From a virus (Duplodnaviria; Caudoviricetes): 29,271 nt of DNA. The DNA is taken from IMG/VR virus record IMGVR_UViG_3300028586_000063, positions 1 to 29,271 of that record. One strand, 5' to 3'. Below, piece by piece: positions 23,685 to 29,271 of the stretch (positions are counted from its first letter, which is position 1; the number at the start of each line of letters is the position of its first letter). The notes under the pieces are model-generated. The model had not been told where the DNA came from. It worked only from the letters and a program-made list of their open reading frames with translations, and searched no databases. A program made the position numbers and the translations under genes.

Positions 23685-26600
23685 CAGCCGTTAGCTCCTC
23701 GCTGGGAATTGTCGAAGTTTGCCGCGTTAGCCGCATTAGCCACCGCGTCGCGGCCAATAGAAACGGTGACGTTCTTGTTGGCGGCAATCAGCTGGCGGTC
23801 AATGAGGCTAAGCTCTACTACAACTGTACCAGACTTGGTTGTGCTTGGCGAGTCGCGGAACACAATAGTTGGTGGAAATGGATTCTGCTGGTTATTGATA
23901 GCGTTTAGGCCATCGGTACCAAGATAATCCATGCCCTTAAGGTTAACCACACCCTCACCGAACTGAGCGTTAATCATGGTGTTGTCGACACCGCGATTTG
24001 CGGGGCGCTGACCACCTGTGATAAGACCACCGCTGGCATAGTTGCCGCTTGCTAGCCGGGCAAGGAGCGCGTTCAGCTGACCCTGGAGGGCATTCGTACG
24101 ACTGTTCAGGTTACCTTCCTTGCCGGAAGCCGCGACAATCTGGTCCCGCAGTGCGTTGACCTGGTTGATAAGCGGCTGTGCTCGCTGCTGCTTAGCTACG
24201 TCAGCTTCAGCAGCTGCAATCGCAGCATTTAGGGAAGATAGGTTGCCCTGTAGTCCGGCAATACGGCTACCAACACCACTTAGTCCGGCCATAGCCTGAC
24301 TTGTGTCTGCGGTGACTGTGACTTCCTTGCGTGTCGGAACGTTATTCACGGCAACACGAAGAATGTCAAACGTGCCAGCATAGTTACGGACCTGCTGCTG
24401 ATTGAACCCTAGCTGCGTCAGCTGCTGCTCGAACTGAGCCTGTAGCGTTCTGATGTACGCGCTGACCTGATCCGCGCTAGCGCCGGTGGCGGCGAATGCT
24501 TCGATCTGCCCGCGGTAAGACTCGATAAGTCCGAGCACAGCTGCGCGGTTGGCAATAGCAGCTGCCGTGTTACCCTCAAGCTGTGTGCTTGCCGCTGCTG
24601 TAGCGACAGCAAGCTGCTTCTGCTTGTCGGCCTGGTCGATGCTGTTCTGCCCAAGTGAGGCACGGATAGCGTCAGCCCGAGTCGTGTCGCCGTAGTCGGT
24701 TGCGACGCCCAGCTGAATCTCTAGGATGTTACGGTCAGAGGCCAGGCTGGCGAGGTCAGCGTGAAGAGAGTTGATCTTGTCATTGGCTTCAGCAATGCGG
24801 TCACGCATGTCAGTTACCTTTGTAGTAACATCATCGATAGCCTGCTGAACACCATAGCGCTTGTCAAACGCTTCCTTCATCGCAGTACCCATGTCACGAG
24901 CATACTCTGCCGTGGTCTTAATGGCGTCCTGGAGCTTCTTCTGGTTGTCAGCGGCAATCTTAGCTGAGCGGTCAGCATCACGCTGAGCCGACTTGCTGCT
25001 GTTGCCACCACCGCTGGAACTGATCTGCGACTGAAGCTTTGTGCGCTGCTGCTTCAGGCGGTCTAGGTTACCCTGCGCGGACGCAAGCGACAGCCCACCA
25101 CCGATGCCCAGAGACTGCATCTGCTGGTACTTAGCCAGCACGTCGTCGATGTTCAGCGAAGCGTACAGCGTAGGGTTAGATGCAGCAAGACTCTGCATCA
25201 GAGCAATGATCTGGTTGGTGTCACCACCAATCGAGAACAGCGCCTGAGCCATCGAGTCCTGCGCGCTAAGCCCAAGAGATGCACCATATGTCGTAGCAGA
25301 CTCTAGGGCACTGCCCAGCGCCTCAATGTTTGCGGTACCACCCGACGTAAGAGCGTCAAAGGAGAACCCGCTCTCATCAATCGAGTCGCGCAGTGCGTTC
25401 ATGTCCGCAGCGTAGGAACTAGCCCCACTGGCTGAATCAAATAGGTCGCCGACGCTGCCCGCAAGATCAGCCACAGCCGAAGATGCATCAGCACCGGCTA
25501 GCCCAACACTTGAAATGTCAGTACCCAGGGCACCAGCAACATTCGAGGCTACCTCAAACTGCTGACCCATTGCATCTGCACCGTTACCGACCTGAGCCAA
25601 AATGGGAGCAAGTGCGTCAAGGTCACCTAGCACAGAGGGGTCAACAGAACCCTCGCGCACAGCGGCCTCGATACGACCACGTGCCGCGTTAACCTGCTGA
25701 ATCAGAGCATACTCAACGCCGCCATCCTGGCCCATTCCGGCAGAGATGGCCTGCGCGATATCGATACCGGCTGCCTGGTAAGCACCCTTAAGCTGCTCGT
25801 CAGCGAAGATTTCATTGAGAGGGTTGTCGGCATCAGCAGCAGCCTGCTTTGCCAGCGCATTAGATACCCACGCCTGAGCGTTCTCACCGATGACGAATGT
25901 CTGCTCACGGAGCGCGGAGGACGCACTTACTGTGCTACCTTCGTTTTCGTTGGTTGCGCCTGTGGCAGTGACAATCGCTTCCTTGTGGGCGTTCACAGCG
26001 TCTGCTGCTTCAGCAGAGGCACGCTGGCTGTCAGAGATAACAGTTGTCAGGGTTCCAAGGCCACGGCCTAGGTTCTTGCTGTCCTCGGTATCTGCCTTCA
26101 GTGCCGCAGCGAAGCCCTCAGCCCCGCCACCCGCCTGTAGTAGCTCATCTCCGGTCTTGGCAGCTGCCTCGGCGCTTGCGTTGAACGCATTAGTCAGCGT
26201 GAAGAGCAGCGGAACAATGATGCTGAGCGCTGCTACAATATTCAGCAGCGGAGTGGCAAGCAGGGCCACACCGAACGCCCGAGCCCCAGCCGTAGCTCGC
26301 GCGAAAGCGCCTGAGCTAGCAGCGACACTGACGCTAAGACCAGCAGCCCCCGCCTGTGCGCCACGGTAACCAGGGATCAGTGACCCGATGGTTAGTCCGT
26401 TGACGCGTGCAGCAGCAGTGTTGATGCCAAGTGCACCTGTGAGCTGTGTGATAGTACCACGTAGAGCGGTACCCGCAGCAACGCCTGTGCCCATGCCGAT
26501 TCCCAGACCACGCATGGCAGTCTGGATAGCAAAGCCAGAGGCAACAAGAGCTGCGCCTCCTGCTACGATGAGCGCAAATCCACCGGCCAGCAGGGTAACG

Positions 26601-28435
26601 GCTGTGAGCACGGCGAGGATCGGAGCGGGGATAGACTCAAGCCCCTGCACCACCGCGGTAACGATAGTAAGGACAGGGCCTAGAACAGGTCCAAGAGCCT
26701 GCCCAGCCTTGGCTAGGAGGTTCTGAATGCTGTTTACAAGAATCTGCACACGGGATGCAACGTCGTCAGCCACTCGACCGTAGGACTCACCAAGGAAGGT
26801 GCCCTCCTGGTATGCGTTCGACGCATTTTCCATAGAGGCGGCATAAGTGTCGTAGTTACCGGCGAGGCGCTGGAGCACGTTAGACTCACGTGTCTCGGTG
26901 ATGCCCAGGTCAGAAAGTGCCTGGTTTAGATTGTTGGCAGTCGACAGACCCTTAAGCAGCTGGTCGAAGAACGCCGAAGCATCGCTCTGCCAAAGCTTCT
27001 GAGCTTCTTCTGTGGTCGTGCCTAGCACAGCGGCGTACTTAGCCATCGCGTCGCCACCCTCATTTGCCGCCTTGTCAAAGTCAGCAAAGAGACGTAGAAT
27101 AACACCACGTGCCTGCTCAGGCTGAATACGTAGCGAGGCAAGGGCACCAGCAAGGCCGACAGTTTCCTCGGCGAGGAAGCCCGCCTGTGTGGTGGAGGCG
27201 GCAATGTTCTGGGCAAGACTCAGAATTTCACCGTCAGTAGCGACGGACTGTACACCAACGAAGTTGATCGATGAGGCAAGCTTTTCCATGTCGCCGGAAC
27301 CTGTGTTGGTCAGCTCGAATAGCGCACCGAAGCTAGTAGCAGCCTGGTCCGTGGAGATACCCGTCACCGCAGAGTATCGAGCGGTAGTATCCGAGAACTG
27401 CTCAAGGTTCTCGTTGGCAATGCCCATCTGAGCACCAAGTGCTGCGATGCTAGACAGCTGGTCGAACCCAACAGGGATAGTCTGAGACAGCTCAGTAAGC
27501 TGCTGCTTTAGCTGACCGGCCTGCTCGACCGTAGGGAGCGAGGTACGCTCAACCTGCGTGAAGGCAGACTCGTACTGCGCACCGAACACAAGTGCGGACG
27601 CACCGGCAGCTGTCAGGCTTGCCCCGAGCACACCGAGGGTCGTCGATACGTCGTAGAGAGCGTACCGTGTCTGGTTTAGGGCACCGGCGTCAGGCAGGCC
27701 AAGAGATGCCGTCGCCTGTGAGCGCATGGCCGTAAGCTCCTGCTGACGGATGCGCTGCTCGTCCCGAATCTGCTGCGAGTTGGACGCCGCTGCCTGCTGC
27801 GCACGGTACTGTGCGGTCTGCTGTGCCGAGCGACGACGCTCAGCCTCCAGGCGTGCGTCCAGGGCCACTGCTGCCTGGAACTCTCGGGTGTACCCTGCTA
27901 CCGAGTCTGCTGTACGGCGCTCAGTAGCCTTGCGATCCTCAGCAACAATGGCATCAATGGCCTGCTTGCGGATCAGGAAGTCTGTCTTGGACGGCTGTGT
28001 CGGAGCTGTATCTCCCAGCTGGTTAGTAACAGCTGTCGGTGTGAACACCCGAGACGACTGTCCCGGGTACTTATCCGTTGTGGCAGCACGACGGGCAGCA
28101 GCAGAAGCCTTTTCCTGCTCTGCTGCTGCCTGTCGAGCTGCGGCTACTACAGCCTGCTGGGATGCAATGCGCTGCTTGTTGGCCTCTGTCTCTGCCTTGG
28201 CAAGTGCCATGACAGACTTGCCCTGCGAGTCATTGAGTGCAATGATGGTGCGCGAAGCAGTCGAGATAGCCTGAGCAAGCGACTTGGAGCGCTTCTCATA
28301 GTCGGCCTGCTGCACAGAACCGTTGGCGAACTCCTTGTCAAGGTTCACCATCGCCGTTTCTAGGCGCGCAAGATTGTTTGTTGCCGCAGATACGGCAATA
28401 TCAATGTTGCCCTTGAGGTCTAGGTTTCCAGACAC
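23684..28435 (-). CDS. Tape measure protein
   Basis: 1583 aa Ala/Gln-rich helical protein; YESAFTQVERT, AALGAQMGI core, TM region, YASGGLI. Confidence 0.95.
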   Translation of the reverse strand: MSGNLDLKGNIDIAVSAATNNLARLETAMVNLDKEFANGSVQQADYEKRSKSLAQAISTASRTIIALNDSQGKSVMALAKAETEANKQRIASQQAVVAAARQAAAEQEKASAAARRAATTDKYPGQSSRVFTPTAVTNQLGDTAPTQPSKTDFLIRKQAIDAIVAEDRKATERRTADSVAGYTREFQAAVALDARLEAERRRSAQQTAQYRAQQAAASNSQQIRDEQRIRQQELTAMRSQATASLGLPDAGALNQTRYALYDVSTTLGVLGASLTAAGASALVFGAQYESAFTQVERTSLPTVEQAGQLKQQLTELSQTIPVGFDQLSSIAALGAQMGIANENLEQFSDTTARYSAVTGISTDQAATSFGALFELTNTGSGDMEKLASSINFVGVQSVATDGEILSLAQNIAASTTQAGFLAEETVGLAGALASLRIQPEQARGVILRLFADFDKAANEGGDAMAKYAAVLGTTTEEAQKLWQSDASAFFDQLLKGLSTANNLNQALSDLGITETRESNVLQRLAGNYDTYAASMENASNAYQEGTFLGESYGRVADDVASRVQILVNSIQNLLAKAGQALGPVLGPVLTIVTAVVQGLESIPAPILAVLTAVTLLAGGFALIVAGGAALVASGFAIQTAMRGLGIGMGTGVAAGTALRGTITQLTGALGINTAAARVNGLTIGSLIPGYRGAQAGAAGLSVSVAASSGAFARATAGARAFGVALLATPLLNIVAALSIIVPLLFTLTNAFNASAEAAAKTGDELLQAGGGAEGFAAALKADTEDSKNLGRGLGTLTTVISDSQRASAEAADAVNAHKEAIVTATGATNENEGSTVSASSALREQTFVIGENAQAWVSNALAKQAAADADNPLNEIFADEQLKGAYQAAGIDIAQAISAGMGQDGGVEYALIQQVNAARGRIEAAVREGSVDPSVLGDLDALAPILAQVGNGADAMGQQFEVASNVAGALGTDISSVGLAGADASSAVADLAGSVGDLFDSASGASSYAADMNALRDSIDESGFSFDALTSGGTANIEALGSALESATTYGASLGLSAQDSMAQALFSIGGDTNQIIALMQSLAASNPTLYASLNIDDVLAKYQQMQSLGIGGGLSLASAQGNLDRLKQQRTKLQSQISSSGGGNSSKSAQRDADRSAKIAADNQKKLQDAIKTTAEYARDMGTAMKEAFDKRYGVQQAIDDVTTKVTDMRDRIAEANDKINSLHADLASLASDRNILEIQLGVATDYGDTTRADAIRASLGQNSIDQADKQKQLAVATAAASTQLEGNTAAAIANRAAVLGLIESYRGQIEAFAATGASADQVSAYIRTLQAQFEQQLTQLGFNQQQVRNYAGTFDILRVAVNNVPTRKEVTVTADTSQAMAGLSGVGSRIAGLQGNLSSLNAAIAAAEADVAKQQRAQPLINQVNALRDQIVAASGKEGNLNSRTNALQGQLNALLARLASGNYASGGLITGGQRPANRGVDNTMINAQFGEGVVNLKGMDYLGTDGLNAINNQQNPFPPTIVFRDSPSTTKSGTVVVELSLIDRQLIAANKNVTVSIGRDAVANAANAANFDNSQRGANG

Positions 28436-28450
28436 ACAGCGTCCTAACTG

Positions 28451-28888
28451 CTATTGTGAGTGTAGCGTCTTGCTAGCAATCTTTGCAAGCGCCTCGCTAC
28501 GCGATGGCAGCGGTTCGAATGTGCCGTCTTCTTCGTTCTTTAGCCCAACGGCGCGGGCATAGCGGTTCTCTCCTGGCTCTGGGTCAGGGTTGCCTGGCAT
28601 CTTGTTGTACGTCTCAAGTTCCGCCTGCGCATAGCACATGGTGGACATGATGTCGAACTCAACAGCTCCGCTTGACGTATGGCACAGCCAGACAGGGTTA
28701 CCGCAGGTCTTACATGTGTCTCGGTCCAGCACACCTACAGCCTCCTGGAGACGATAGTCGTGGCTGTACCAGCCAGAGAAGGGGTCCCCCTCTTCCAGCA
28801 AAGCCGCCGTGGGGCGCATGCGCGCCTCCACAGCGGACTTGATTCGGCTAACGTACCGAAGGTTCTGCTGGTGCGTTAGCGCTTCGAC
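28451..28888 (-). CDS. Tail assembly chaperone, frameshifted C-terminal part (gpT-like)
   Basis: -1 frame is open from the slippery site (FVEALTHQQNLRYVSRIKSAVEARMRP...) to the stop at 28451; CKTCGNPVWLCH. Confidence 0.85.
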   Translation of the reverse strand, partial: VEALTHQQNLRYVSRIKSAVEARMRPTAALLEEGDPFSGWYSHDYRLQEAVGVLDRDTCKTCGNPVWLCHTSSGAVEFDIMSTMCYAQAELETYNKMPGNPDPEPGENRYARAVGLKNEEDGTFEPLPSRSEALAKIASKTLHSQ

Positions 28889-29271
28889 AAAAAATCAGCG
28901 CTCACGGCACGGTCGAAAACGTCCGTGTCGCTGTTGACCCTGTAGACAGCCTGGTCCAGACGGCCAAACTCAGTGGGGTGAAGTCGCCCGTCAAGCGTGG
29001 CGATCTTCTCGGCGGTCCAGGTCTTGTCGAGCTTGCCGTCTGCACGGCGGGCCTGGACGATGGAGCGGGCGATCAGCTCATGCGTTAGCTCACGGTAGAA
29101 GGGCTCGGCCTTCTCAAAGTCATCCGACTCCTTGTGGCCGTGCTTAGCAACTAGTGCCGAGCGAATAGCCTTCTTCAGCTGCGGGGCCATTCCCTTAAGT
29201 TCGAATGTTAGTGCCGATGCCTCGATTCGCTCCCGCAGGGCGTCAACCTCATCGGGGTCAACCCAGGTCAG
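28876..29271 (-). CDS. Tail assembly chaperone (gpG-like), 5' truncated by the window
   Basis: Frame open to the window edge (LTWVDPDEVDALRERIEASALTFELKGMAP...); ends SADFLSKR*. Confidence 0.85.
   Translation of the reverse strand: MTWVDPDEVDALRERIEASALTFELKGMAPQLKKAIRSALVAKHGHKESDDFEKAEPFYRELTHELIARSIVQARRADGKLDKTWTAEKIATLDGRLHPTEFGRLDQAVYRVNSDTDVFDRAVSADFLSKR
28888..28894 (-). other. Programmed -1 ribosomal frameshift site T TTT TTG
   Basis: GAT TTT TTG TCG AAG CGC TAA at the end of the upstream chaperone fits X XXY YYZ. Confidence 0.85.

Overview
This window is an internal segment of a tailed actinobacteriophage (siphovirus); its organisation resembles Microbacterium-type phages, which is an inference from gene content and order. 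Bases 1-17946 (+ strand) form the early and replication arm. It carries an SprT-like protease, a DUF6915-like gene pair, an RNA-repair pair (polynucleotide kinase/phosphatase and Rnl1-type RNA ligase), an HNH endonuclease, an SNF2-like helicase and many small ORFs. It continues with a Cas4-like exonuclease, an AAA ATPase, an SSB, a tRNA-Leu(CAA), a primase-helicase, a family A DNA polymerase, a RuvC-like resolvase and a metallophosphoesterase. Bases 18011-29271 (- strand) are the end of the virion operon: a tail assembly chaperone with a -1 frameshift, tape measure, four minor tail proteins, endolysin and three membrane lysis proteins. The two arms converge on a bidirectional terminator near 17950-17991. 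No integrase, repressor, CRISPR array or IS element is visible. The most interesting signals are a mini-protein that is essentially a bare LAXTG sortase signal, promoter-like hexamers embedded in inverted repeats, a structured non-coding region before an atypical short-arm tRNA-Leu, an internal translation start in the endolysin, and a 42-aa polyacidic DNA-mimic candidate. All calls come from manual motif reading; no database searches were run.
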